Source: Octopus bimaculoides | Lineage: Eukaryota | NCBI RefSeq assembly: GCF_001194135.2 | Contig: NC_068988.1 | Coordinates: 9,778,860 to 9,842,859 of the forward strand | Direction: 5' to 3' | DNA length: 64,000 bases | In this document: positions 23,419 through 34,804 of the stretch, one piece after another | How positions within the stretch are numbered: the stretch's first letter is position 1 | How the letters are laid out: the number at the start of each line of letters is the position of its first letter | Translations under genes and position numbers: made by a program | The notes under the pieces: generated by a model | Told to the model about the DNA's origin: nothing | The model's database searches: none | Seen by the model: only the letters and a program-made list of their open reading frames with translations

Positions 23419-23543
23419 ACTTTGTTCACCCGTGGTGCGGAATATACTGCCCGGGATACATCAACACCAAGTGAAACCTCTTCCATATCAGAACAGAGAG
23501 AGAAGCCACACACACTTGAAACGTTCTCATATGATCACTTCAG
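23419..23543 (+). CDS. MYO7A: Myosin VIIa exon 18
   Basis: cag|ACT...AG|gtaagc; TLFTRGAEY...EKPHTLETFSYDHF(R). Confidence 0.94.
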
Positions 23544-24655
23544 GTAAGCATTAATGTATTAGAAATGTAAAATGCCCATCCCCTCAAACAGTAAGACACC
23601 TGTTCTTGTCCTTCTATCATGCTTTAACCTCTCATCACCAAAGTCACACCATTCAATGCTACTTTGTCCCACCCACTTTAGTCAAGGGGTCCTGTTTTAC
23701 AAGTTACTCAGTGACCTCACTGGTGCTGGTGCCACTTCAAAAGCACTCAGTACACTCTGTAATGTGGATGAAGCAGTAGAAACCATACCAAAGCAGACAT
23801 TGGAGCTTGGCACGGTCCTCTAGCTCATTAGATCTTGTCAAACCATCCAACCCATGCCAACATGGAAAACAGATGTTAACCGTTTTATTACCGAATTTAT
23901 TTTGAGATGCTTTGTGTTTCTTTCAATTAATTTTAAATATAACAAAGAATTTAGTAAAATAATTAGTTATCATTCAGCTAGTGTTAAGAACATAAAGTGT
24001 GACTCAGGTTTGGTGGAAGATTTTAATTCAGAACTTTTGAAAACAAGACATTTGTATTACAGAACCAGAGGCAGTTTCAGCCATGTTGGTATCAAAAGGG
24101 TTAAATGATAATGATGATACCTGCATGGGGCTGTTTCCAATTCATATATCTTCATAAACTCTCCCTCCCTCTCTCTCTCTCTCTCTCTCTGTTTTCCTTT
24201 CTTTCCCACTCACTCCTATTTCTAGCCATATGTTTGTCTTCCTTACTGTTTACTAAAATACTTTCCTTCAGCCCTAATCTTTTAATTTCATAATCGACAT
24301 TACTATATTCCTTCTACTTTCAAAGACACAGAGCACCTCTAAGTCTTGCCAACTGATCTGAATCTGTATCGTTAAAGAGTGCTAATAAAATTTTTTTCAA
24401 AAATGACCATTACCTTCATCAGATGGATTTAAAAACGAAATCTACTCCTAGCTGCATCATCTTCATTTACCAAAAAGCTTTGATTGGTTGATCTTACTGC
24501 TGTTATTGCAAGGAGATTCCCCAACTTTCTAAGTCCATCATGCATCATTTAAAAACTTGAATCTTGTCTCTGTCGACACTCATTTCATAAGTGTACCATC
24601 AGTAGTAGAATGTATTTTTAGCCTAATCAAACAGCCAGAAGTTATACTGCTTCAA

Positions 24656-24711
24656 ACTATTACCCACATGTTAATTATTGCCCACATGTTAACTATTACC
24701 CACATGTTAAC
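24656..24711. repeat. 18-bp tandem repeat x3 (ACTATTACCCACATGTTA)
   Basis: Read directly. Confidence 0.85.
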
Positions 24712-25273
24712 AAAACCATCCTGAATTTCATTGTGTTACCCTCTCCTAGAGACACAAGCTATTCCTGCCCTGAGCATTTACTATGAGCCAGACTGGATCA
24801 TTTAAGGGTTGATCACCTTGATCCTAGACTCACTGCTCTATCAATGATGAAGTATGAACAACTAAACTCTTGGTTTGGAGTCTGAAATCTTATTATTGCA
24901 GCCACTTTCAGTCCCAACTGTGGAATAAATTCTATGGGCACTATGCCAAATTCCAATAAACAGAAATTAGTCTTTTGTCTTGTTTAACAGGAATAAAAAT
25001 GTATTTAATTCCAAGTCTCACATGAAAATGGAATATTTGTGATAAGATTCTCTTTGTAATATCAAACACGACTCTCGGGTTATTGTGAATGAAATTAAAT
25101 TGAATTTGTGAAAATAACTCTGATATGGTTATGTGGTTAAGTTTGCTCTCCAACCCTGGCATTTTGGGTTCAATTCCACCTCATGGTATCTTGGACAAAT
25201 GCCTTCTGCTATAGATTCAGGATGACCGAAGCCTTGTTAGTGGACCTGATAAACATACACTCAATGACACTCC

Positions 25274-25322
<49 letters not shown>

Positions 25323-25632
25323 TGTTTTGTTGTGTTGGCATTACACCATAATTAAAAATGAATGCCATCATTACATAAAGTGTGTCCCACATTTCCAGTT
25401 CTTCTCAGAAAATATGTCCAGCCATGGAGAAATATAACCTTGCTTGAAAAGAGGTGAGGGTCATGACAGGAAGAGCATCCAGCTGTACAAAATGTACCTT
25501 AACAAATTCTGTTTGATTCACGGAAGCATAGAAAAGTGGTTGTTAAACTGAAGACTTTTAAGTCTGAGAGTTATTAAAACACTAATATTCCAGAATGTAA
25601 TTAATTTTGTTTTTTTTTATTGTTTTTATCAG

Positions 25633-25793
25633 GCCACCTCCCAAGAGAACAATGACAAGAACCATCTCAACTGCCAAGAAAAAACGACAAGATGATTTAT
25701 GGCGCTACTCAAAAGAACCAATTAAACAAGCCCTCCTAAAGAAAATTGCTGGTAAAGAAGATTTGAATCAGGAGGCTTGTGAATGTTTCTTAT
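25633..25793 (+). CDS. MYO7A: Myosin VIIa exon 19 (MyTH4-2 start); ends at a U12 AT donor
   Basis: cag|G CCA...TTA T|atatcctttt; PPPKRTM...DLWRYSKEPIKQALLKK...QEACECFL; ends phase 1. Confidence 0.94.
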
Positions 25794-26698
25794 ATATCCT
25801 TTTAACCAGGCATGTGCCATCAGTAATTACTCAGGGTAGGCAGATGATGTTCTTTATGTAGTAAAACACACAAAAAATAAGTGAAACACAGCTGTGTGAC
25901 TGAGTTGAATGTAGAATTACTTCTGCCTTTATAACATGTAAAGAAAACATTGTTGTAGGAGTGTACGCAGCACGTGTACTACAGCAGTAATATGCATAGC
26001 TTAAATACTGAGACTGAAAAGCAGGGGTGAATTATGCCAACCTAATCTACAAAAAAGATAAAATATTTTGTATTTTATGCATAGTAATCAGAGTAACCTT
26101 CATAATTTTATTGAATTAGGATATTTTGCCATAAAAGGAAATTGTTACTATTGATCTATTTTATTCAAGGTAGGCACTTTCACATTCATATATTAATAGT
26201 TTAGACCTTAATTATGAAAAAAATATGAAACCCTTATTCTATGCTAATTTAGTTAATTTTGTCAAGCTCCCTTTTCAGTTTGTAAGATAGAAATTCAAAT
26301 GTAATAAAATGTTTTAAAAGAAATTTAAAGTGCCTACATTATTACTGTAAACCTACTTTTGTGTCCCCCTGTATAGACAATAGGCTTTTTTTAGTTTCTG
26401 TCTCACAAATCCATTCACAAAGCTTTGGTTGGCCCAGAGCTATAGTATAAGACACTTCCCCAATTTGCTGCAGGGTGAGACTGAACCCAAGATGGCATGG
26501 TTGGGAAGCAATCTTCTCAACCACACAACCATGCCTGCACAACATCATCATCATTATCATCCTCATCATCGTTCAATGCCCATCTTCCATGCTGGCATGA
26601 GATGGATAATTTTAAAATCTTTAAAAAATTAGCAGCGTTAAGAAATAAATGTCATATCTTGAGAAAAAAAAACTGTTTATTCCTTGACTGTTGTTTAC
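25794..26698 (+). other. U12-type (minor spliceosome) AT-AC intron, 905 nt
   Basis: 5' end ATATCCTTT; branch point TTCCTTGAC at 26680-26688; AC at 26697-26698; joining T+CG restores the frame (ECFL-S-ILKYMGDHPSR). Confidence 0.93.
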
Positions 26699-26790
26699 CG
26701 ATTCTAAAATATATGGGAGACCATCCAAGTCGGAAAGGTAGACCTTTGAATGAATTAACAGACGAAATTTTCAAAATAGCATTGAAAGTG
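26699..26790 (+). CDS. MYO7A: Myosin VIIa exon 20 (MyTH4-2), after the AC acceptor
   Basis: ttac|CG ATT...GTG|gtaagt; (S)ILKYMGDHPSRKGRPLNELTDEIFKIALKV. Confidence 0.94.
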
Positions 26791-26929
26791 GTAAGTACAA
26801 CACATCCCTTCTTTTTTTCTTTCTTTCTTTCTTCCTCCCTTCCTTCCTTTCTTTCTTTCTTATTATTACTGTGGATTGACAGAATCGTTTGAGCATCAAA
26901 AAAAATGGCATGTGATATATAGTTACTGC

Positions 26930-27316
26930 CCTTTATGTTCTGATTTCAAGTCCTGCCAAACTCAGCTTTGCTTTTCATCCACCTAAGGTCAATAAAATAT
27001 ACTGACAAGTACTGGAATCGGTACAACCCGACTAACTTCTTCCCTCAAAATTTCTTGCCCTGTTCTTACAATAAACGACATTATCATCATCATCATTAAC
27101 GAGGCATCAAACTGGTGAAATTGTTAGCAACGCCAAAGAAAATGCTTAACATTTCTTCCAGCCTTTTGTTCTGAGTTCAAATTCCACTGAGGTCGACTTT
27201 GCCTTTCATCCTTTCGGGGTTGATAAACTAAGTACCAGTTGAACATTGGGGTTGATGTAATTGACTTGCATCCTTCCCCAAAATTTCAGGCCTTGTGCAT
27301 ATAGCAGAAAGGATTA

Positions 27317-27351
<35 letters not shown>

Positions 27352-27560
27352 GTTATTATTTAAGGCGGTGAGCTAGCAGAATCATTAGCACGTCGGGCGA
27401 AATGCTTAGCAGATTTTCATCTACCACTATGTTCTAAGTTCAAATTCCGCTGAGGTTGACTTTGCTTTTCATCCTTTTGGGGTCGATTAAATAAGTACCA
27501 GTTATGCACTGGGGTCGTTGTAATTGACTTAATCATTTCCTCCAAATTCCAGCAGAAAGG

Positions 27561-27596
<36 letters not shown>

Positions 27597-27700
27597 AATA
27601 TTATTAGTGGATTGGCAAAAATTTCAAAAGAAATTCCTTGTGGTATTTCTTCGAAATCTTTACATTCTGAGTTCAAATCCCATCGAGATCAACTTTTCCC
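26930..27700 (+). mobile_element. Array of about 4 family-A SINE-like copies
   Basis: Same unit with (ATC/ATT)n tails. Single copies at approx. 8040-8235, 18520-18660, 36003-36277, 51868-52075 (+) and 18735-18915, 22575-22740, 28925-29110, 63520-63622 (-). Confidence 0.85.
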
Positions 27701-28125
27701 GTCCCTCTATCATGCTTTAGCTTCTCAATACCTTGCATGAAGCCACCTCTTTTTCTCTAATGAAAAGACCCCCTCAGTTGGGTCTTTTCGTTGTCTTGTG
27801 AGTTAGTTGGTAACCCCATTAGTTCTGGTGCCACACAGTACACTATGTAAAGGTGGTTGGCATTAGGAAGGGTATCCAATCTTAAAAACGATGCCAAATC
27901 AGAAAGTAGAACTGAATACAGTTTTCTGGCCTTTTGGATCCAGCCAACACATCCGACCCATGCCGACATGGAAAAAACGGATGTGAAACAATGATGATGA
28001 TTTCTCAGTTCATAATGTTGTAGCTTTTACTTTTAGGGAAATCTTTATTTGAGATTTTGGTATCTGTTCTGTTCTATTTATTTCTCTTACATTGTTTTCC
28101 CTCTTTTTTACCCCTTCTATTCCAG

Positions 28126-28187
28126 GAAATCCTTCGAGACGAAGTCTACTGCCAAATAATTAAACAATTGACTGACAATAAAAACAG
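28126..28187 (+). CDS. MYO7A: Myosin VIIa exon 21
   Basis: cag|GAA...AG|gtaaat; EILRDEVYCQIIKQLTDNKN(R). Confidence 0.95.
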
Positions 28188-28682
28188 GTAAATACTTTCA
28201 TTTCTTTTATCTTTTACTTGTCTCAATCATTGGACTGCAGCCATACTGAGGCACCACCTTGGGTTTTTGCTTACAGTACCTACATCTCTCAAATGGCCAC
28301 AAGTATTAACCAGGCTTGACATTGATTCACTTTCATTATTTTTTTACCTGATTCATTGAGAGGAAGCAAGGAACCCTTTGATTTTTGAGGGCCAGCCCCT
28401 AAGACAAGTTACTGATAATTTGGCCCAAATGTTTCCAACAAAGTGAAACCTTTGAAAGTCACTTTAGGTCCTGCTATTGACAGTAACATTTACCCAAGAA
28501 GTCACACAGTAGGATCGAACCCATGACCCCCATGGTTGTGAAGCAAACTTCTTAACCATTCAGCCCCACTCCACCTACCACTTTGCATCTGACGAAATCT
28601 TTGATGGATCATGCAAAAGTTGTCTCCCATAATTATATCATCAGCTGATTTCATAATAAAAATCTATTGAATTTCTTTTCAG

Positions 28683-28835
28683 ATTGGGTGAAGAGCGTGG
28701 TTGGGAACTAATGTGGCTTGCCACTGGTTGTTATGCTCCCAGTAATGTACTGCTGAAGGAACTCACGTTGTTCTTGAGATCACATATTAATCCACTTGCT
28801 CACGACTGTCTGCAGCGATTACAGAAAACTTTAAG
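28683..28835 (+). CDS. MYO7A: Myosin VIIa exon 22 (MyTH4-2)
   Basis: cag|A TTG...AG|gtaaga; [27 protein letters not shown]...[10 protein letters not shown](R). Confidence 0.96.
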
Positions 28836-29187
28836 GTAAGAAAATATGGAACATACCTTTCATATTATATCAATTGCGGGACACACACATGCATACTTAT
28901 ATATATTTCTTTATTGCCCACAGAGGGGACAAACAAGGACAGACAAAGGGATTAAGTCGATTACATCGACCCCAGTGTGCAACTGGTACTTATTTAATTG
29001 ACCCCAAAAGGTTGAAAAGCAAAGTCAACCTTGGCAGAATTTGAACTCAGAACGTAAAGACAGACAAAATACCGCTAAGCATTTTCCCCAGCGTGCTAAC
29101 GTTTCTGCCCTCTTGCACACACACACACACACATATGTGTATATATATATATATATATATACATACATACACACACAAACACACACG

Positions 29188-29224
<37 letters not shown>

Positions 29225-29226
<2 letters not shown>

Positions 29227-29400
29227 GGGAGAATATACAAAAAATAACAACAGACGAGGACAGGTGGTGTAAATAACAAAAGTATATATTAGTATGACGC
29301 TCGGGAATACGGAAAGTCTTTGACGTTTCGAGCTACGCTCTTCAACAGAAAGAATACGGAGACAAGGAGAAAAACACGGAGAAAAAAAAATATATATATA
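29225..29400 (-). mobile_element. Short Penelope-like terminal fragment with hammerhead-like motif, between (TA)n tracts
   Basis: Family also at approx. 43790-44090, 53520-53650, 59590-59800; shared + strand core ...ctcgggaat...gaaag(t/a)ctt...gtttcgag(c)cta(c)gctctt...agaaag. Confidence 0.65.
29317..29353 (-). ncRNA. Minimal hammerhead-ribozyme-like motif, variant core CUGUUGA
   Basis: TCTTT-CTGTTGA-A-GAGC gta GCTC-GAA-ACGT-C-AAAGA: stem I TCTTT/AAAGA, stem II GAGC/GCTC, palindromic stem III ACGT. Confidence 0.6.
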
Positions 29401-29409
29401 TACAAAGTA

Positions 29410-29700
29410 TTGGAATCGTTGCTATGGTGACAGTGCTAAAGTATGCGGAGTGAAGCTGTTTGGTGTAGATTAACCTTGATAACTGTCATGTATGCACACT
29501 AAGTTGTAACATTCATGCTCACTTCTGTTGTTTATAGCAATGCTAGGAAGTAAAATGTGTAGAGTGTGGTTGTCTGAATACGAAGATCAGGTTTCAGCTG
29601 TGCAGGGCCTCTTTAATTGTGTTGAGGAAGACGAAAACTTTTTGAAAATGGTCATAACAAGTGATGAATTACCGGTCAATAGCTATGACTCAGAAAGCCA
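29410..29700 (+). mobile_element. Degenerate mariner transposase fragment
   Basis: EEDENFLKMVITSDELPVNSYDSES resembles the mariner motif FL..I.TGDETW..YDPE around the first catalytic D. Confidence 0.55.
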
Positions 29701-30327
29701 AATCTTAATGCACAGAAGTTCTCTGCATTAAGATCTGCTCAACCCTGATGACGGGGATTCATCGTATCCAATGTTAATTACATCCACACAGCTACATATT
29801 GTGATAAACTACACCTAACATTATTATGGATCTCTGAGCCCCCAGAAACAGCTGTTGGACTTATAACACCTTACTTCCACCCCTTTAATATTCTCTGTTG
29901 TTCGTACTCTATATAAGTTAGATCTATTAATATAAACATCTATAGATTTATACTAAGAAACTCATCATCTGAAAATCTCCACCTTCTACTTTTTCTCATT
30001 TTGCCTGTATACATATATACATATTTTGTATTTCATACCCAAGCTCTTATATTTAACGTGTCTAATCATTTATCTGCATAATTGCCTCTATACCCACTCA
30101 ACTTGATCCCTCTTATAGCTTTTCTTTACCCCGTGGAATTGTTCCCCTGTAAAGATATCAGAGCCTAACTTACATTATTTATATTTGACAGATATTTGTC
30201 CGCATCTTGTTTTGGCTGATACACCCTCCAACCGAGTTCGTTTCCAGGCAGTGACCTGAATAATAATAATAATAACAATATCGAAAAATATCTTAGGAAT
30301 GAGAACTCAAGTTCGAAATTTCCTCAA

Positions 30328-30373
30328 GACACCTGATGAAGGCTGGAGGGTATATCAGCTGAAATGTTGTGTT
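30328..30373 (+). ncRNA. Minimal hammerhead-like motif, canonical CUGAUGA core, in a Penelope-like terminus
   Basis: GACAC-CTGATGA-A-GGCTG...CAGCT-GAA-ATGT-T-GTGTT; stem III probably ACGT with a CpG transition. Confidence 0.55.
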
Positions 30374-30675
30374 AACAGCAAACAAGATGAGGTCAAATAT
30401 CCGTCAAATGTAAATAATGTACATAATTCTTCATCTCTTAAATATAGAACTATATTATCAGAGTCTAAGTTTGAATCCTTTTGAAGTTTGAAACGTTTAT
30501 GTGGAGAATCTCTGGATCTCATCTGTGAGAACTATATACATACATATGTGTGTGTGTGTGTGTGTATACACGTACATACATACACAGCAGGCTTTCTAAT
30601 GCACAATCTCTCAGTTGCTTGATACTTTGAAAGCAGGGAAAAAGAATATTAAAACATGTTATTTCCATTTTCCAG

Positions 30676-30781
30676 AAATGGTACCCGTAAATATCCTCCC
30701 CATCACGTTGAAGTGGAGGCTATTCGTCACAAAACAACCCAGATTCTCCACAAAGTATATTTCCCTGATGATACTGATCAG
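30676..30781 (+). CDS. MYO7A: Myosin VIIa exon 23
   Basis: cag|A AAT...CAG|gtaagc; [35 protein letters not shown]. Confidence 0.97.
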
Positions 30782-31270
30782 GTAAGCGAGTTAAAATATT
30801 ATTTTATTTTTTTGATTTATTGCCATCATTGGACTCTGGCCATGCTGGGGCACCACCTTGAAGGATTTTAGTTGCACAAATCAACCACCATACTTATGCT
30901 TTTTTAAGTCTGGTATTTATTGCATCAGTTTCTTTTGCTGCACCACTAAGTTACAGAGGATGTAAACAAACCAACAATGGTTGTCTAGCAGTGTGGGCCA
31001 AACATAGACACACACACACACACACATACATATGTATACACATTGGTCTACCAAATCTACTTAGAAGGCATTGGCAACCCAGGGCCATAATAGAAGAAAC
31101 TTGCCTAAGATGTTGCAGTGTGGGATTGAACCCAAAATCATGTAGCTGCAAATTAAATTTCTTAACCACTTCATTGTGGCCTAGATAATGTATTAAAATA
31201 AACCAATTTAGTTAATTAACTAAATTCTGTAATAATCTGTTTTTGTTTTGTTTTTTTTTAAACCTTTCAG

Positions 31271-31385
31271 GCCTTTGAAGTTGATTCAAGTACCAGAGCC
31301 AAGGACTTCTGCCAAAATATAGCCCAAAAACTTCGCCTTAAATCCTCTGAAGGTTTCAGTTTGTTTGTCAAAATTGCAGACAAAG
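31271..31385 (+). CDS. MYO7A: Myosin VIIa exon 24 (FERM-2 F1)
   Basis: cag|GCC...AAA G|gtaacc; [38 protein letters not shown]. Confidence 0.97.
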
Positions 31386-31626
31386 GTAACCATTTCACAT
31401 ATTCCTGCTTTATTACTTACTTCTTGTTGTGTCTGTGGAACAAGTTCTGAATTAAAATCTTCCACCAAACCTTAGTCACAATTTATGTTCCTAACACTTG
31501 CTTAATGATTACTAAGTTATTTTACAAAATTTTTTGTTATATTTAATATTAATTGAAAGTAACACAGAGCATCTCAACAGGAATATTGTAACAAAAGGGT
31601 TAAAATATATGATAGAGAAACAATTC

Positions 31627-31855
31627 TTAACCCTTTTGATACCAAATCAGCTGAAACCACCTCTGGCTCTGAGTACAAATATCTTGTTTTCATAAGTTCT
31701 GAATTAAAATCTTCCACCAAACCTTAGTCACAATTTATGTTCCTAACACTAGCTGAATGAAAACTAAGTTATTTTACTAAATTTTTTGTTATATTTAATA
31801 TTAATTGAAAGTAACACAAAGCATCTCAACAGAAATATGGTAACAAAAGGGTTAA
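31627..31855. mobile_element. piggyBac-type MITE family F (approx. 229 bp)
   Basis: TTAA|CCCTTTTGATACC...GGTAACAAAAGGG|TTAA; tandem partial copy at 31438-31603; inverted copy at 23876-24104; fragments at approx. 40640-40803, 54040-54215, 57910-58040, 63250-63416. Confidence 0.85.
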
Positions 31856-32337
31856 CAAACTTTAAATATCTTTACTAAAACAGAAGCATAGACATAATAA
31901 AAATCATACAAATTATTAAGAAAATCATTACTTGATACATGATGAGTGAAACTAAATATTGTCTGATTTACTTATGCTAATTCTATGATAATTAGCGGAG
32001 GCGCGTGGCTTAGTGGTTAGGAGCATCATGATCGTAAGATTGTGGTTTCGATTCCTGGACCGGGCGACACGTTGTGTCCTTGAGCAAAACACTTCATTTC
32101 ACATTGCTCCATACCACTCAGCTGGCAAAAATGAGTAACGCTGCGATGGACTGGCGTCCAGCTGGGGAACACATACGCCATTGAAACCGGGCCCATGAGC
32201 CTGGCTAGGCTTTAAAAGGGTGCATTTATTTTTAATTCTATGATAATTAGTAAAACTAGACATAGTGTAAATTTTATCCTATTACACTGATTAATTAGTA
32301 AATTACTAATTACAGCATAATTATTGTTTTATTTCAG

Positions 32338-32424
32338 TCATTAGTGTCCCAGAAGGAGATTTTTTCTTTGATTTTGTTCGTTATTTAACTGATTGGATAC
32401 GCAAAGCAAGACCTGCTCGTGAAG
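32338..32424 (+). CDS. MYO7A: Myosin VIIa exon 25
   Basis: cag|TC ATT...GAA G|gtaggg; (V)[28 protein letters not shown]. Confidence 0.96.
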
Positions 32425-33336
32425 GTAGGGATACAAAACAGTTTCTTTCCTATTTTTAATTTTGTAAATTTTAAAATATTTTACTTGTTTGTTTTCTTGA
32501 TGAGTTTGGATGAAGGGACACAACCCATGGTCCTTCTCGAAGGCTCTTGGAAACTTCAGCATCACAGGTCCTCAACACTAGAAAGATTTGACCCCACGTT
32601 CTTTATGTTAGAAACTGCAGTACCATGATCCTTAATGCTAAAGACTTGAGCATCATGTTTCCTTGATATTAGAGAGACTTCAGCTTTGTGGGTCCTTAAT
32701 GCCATAAAAACTTGAACCTAATTAGCCCTTAATGCTAGACTTGGGTCTTAAGGGTTCTTAATACTAGAGACCTGGGCCTTGCAATTTTGAAAATATTAGC
32801 TTTTATCACGGAGAGAAACAGAGGGTTCCAAAACAGAATTAGAACAAAATCAGAATAGAGACAATGACATATTTTAACCCATTCCCTAGCAATGATCTCA
32901 TATGAGATCACTTAAAAATTACAAATTTCGTAATTATCTGTCAATATTTACACATATCTAACCTTTTTGCTATATCTACTAGGTATATTTCTCTGATATT
33001 CAAATGAGGTTTGCTAATTTTTCACCCCATATCTCGCTTATTTCTATTTAAACTGTTATTTTGAAATGTTATTTTGATCATTCCAGCATGTTTCTAAGGC
33101 TGTTTTATGCTAGAAATCAAAGTTTCATAAAAAAAATTCCAGTTAATAGAATTATGGGAGGTAATGTGTTAAGTTGAACCAATTTTGAAGGGACCCAAAT
33201 CATTTTAAGTAAAGAAAGGTCACTGGATGTAAATAGAAACATTTGAACCCTTGACTTGTAATTTACAATTAAGTATATCTATCACAATCTACTTTAATCT
33301 GCTAGTTTCATATTTTTTTGATTTATTTTTCTCCAG

Positions 33337-33443
33337 GAACCGTTTCCCCATTTACTTACCAAGTATTCTTCATGAAAAAGTTATGGACCAACACAGTTCC
33401 AGGAGTAGACGTAAATGCTGATACCATCTTTCATTATTTCCAG
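33337..33443 (+). CDS. MYO7A: Myosin VIIa exon 26
   Basis: cag|GA ACC...CAG|gtgagt; [35 protein letters not shown]. Confidence 0.96.
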
Positions 33444-33644
33444 GTGAGTGTTTCAGGTGAAAACTGTAAATTTCATTGGGAGGAGAGAATGCAGAGTGTT
33501 GTTTCTTTTTTTCTTTTTTTGAGGGAAAACAGTAAAGTATCTTAATGAAAAAAAAACAGAGATTAAAGGAAATGGGAATGTCTGATACTCATGTTTAAGA
33601 GCTGAGAACAGTCTTCAAGCAGGAAGTGAAACCATGTTTCAGAT

Positions 33645-34025
33645 ACCTACTCTCGTTTCAGTCATTTGACTGTGGCCATGCTGGAGCACCACCTTTAGTC
33701 GACCCCAGGACTTATTCTTTGGAAGCCTAGTACTTATTCTATCAGTCTCTTTTGCCGAACTGCTAAGTTACGGGGACGTAAACACGCCAGCGTCGTTTGT
33801 CAAGCGATGTTGGGGGGACAAACACAGACATGCAAACATATACACCCACATACATACATATATACGACGGGCTTCTTTCAGTTTCTGTCTAGCAAATCCA
33901 CTCACAAGGCTTTGGTCAGCCTGAGGCTATAGTAGAAGACACTTGCCCAAGATGCCACGCAGTGGGACTGAACCCAGAACCATGTGGTTGGTAAGCAAGC
34001 TACTTACCACACAGTTACTCCTACG
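33645..34025 (-). mobile_element. SINE family B copy (antisense to myosin)
   Basis: Reverse complement of the 14226-14645 unit. Confidence 0.87.
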
Positions 34026-34701
34026 CCACTTGCTTGACAAAATAACAATTTTCAGGTTGTTGCTGTTATCGTTTTTTAGTATCAGATAAACCCTGATCAA
34101 GTAAATTTCTAGTAAAAGGCATTCCAACTGTGACCATCCTGACCTTTTAGTATATTAGAGAGTACATTATTCAATGTGTCCTTTGTGTTTTTATTTTTCT
34201 AAAAGACATTGCCATGATATAAGGGAGATTTGGCTGTTTTTTTCCAGCAGATCTCCATAGAACCTCTCTCATTGGCTCATTGAGAGAGGTTCTGTCAGGG
34301 AATTAAGATGACAGAAACAATAGAGTACTTAGTTGGATATTTACTGGATCCAATCCCAAATCCTATAACCTTTTGTTTTATGTTTAAACCAGCCAGATCC
34401 AGCTTCTCAAACTTACCCTACAATGTCATTTACATCATTGAAATCTCAAAATCATGATATAATCTATGATTAGCCCTCTCAGACTAAGGCTCCTGTGTCC
34501 AACTTTAGCTGCCTTTACAGCTTACCATAAATCATTGCAGACAGAATCACAAAAAAAAACAGGAGGACAACATTAACAGGCCTATCTCTCAATTATTGTA
34601 TTTGTTCACCTGAATCAATATTTTCCTAATTACTTTCACCAGTTTGATTATCCAAATCACTCTCATTGCTTGTCTGAAAAATAAACATCATCAATAATTT
34701 C

Positions 34702-34804
34702 CATTATTTACATTCGACGGATATTTGTCCTCATCTTGTTTGTTGTTAACTCAATGTTAACAACAAACAAGATGAGGACAAATATCCGTCGAATGTAAAT
34801 AATG
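34702..34804. repeat. Perfect 49-bp inverted repeat with 5-nt loop
   Basis: 34702-34750 equals the reverse complement of 34756-34804; loop TCAAT. Confidence 0.95.

Noticed and set aside
25794-25861. Read-through of exon 19 (YILLTRHVPSVITQ) to a GT donor near 25837
   Set aside because: It adds non-homologous residues, and no AG acceptor gives the conserved junction; the AT-AC solution fits exactly.
29418-29431. GTTGCTATGGTGAC resembling an RFX X-box
   Set aside because: Imperfect match, deep in an intron and at the edge of a mariner remnant; no supporting evidence.
32560-32790. Degenerate repeats of ccttaatgcta words
   Set aside because: Too irregular to define a unit or assign a family by eye.
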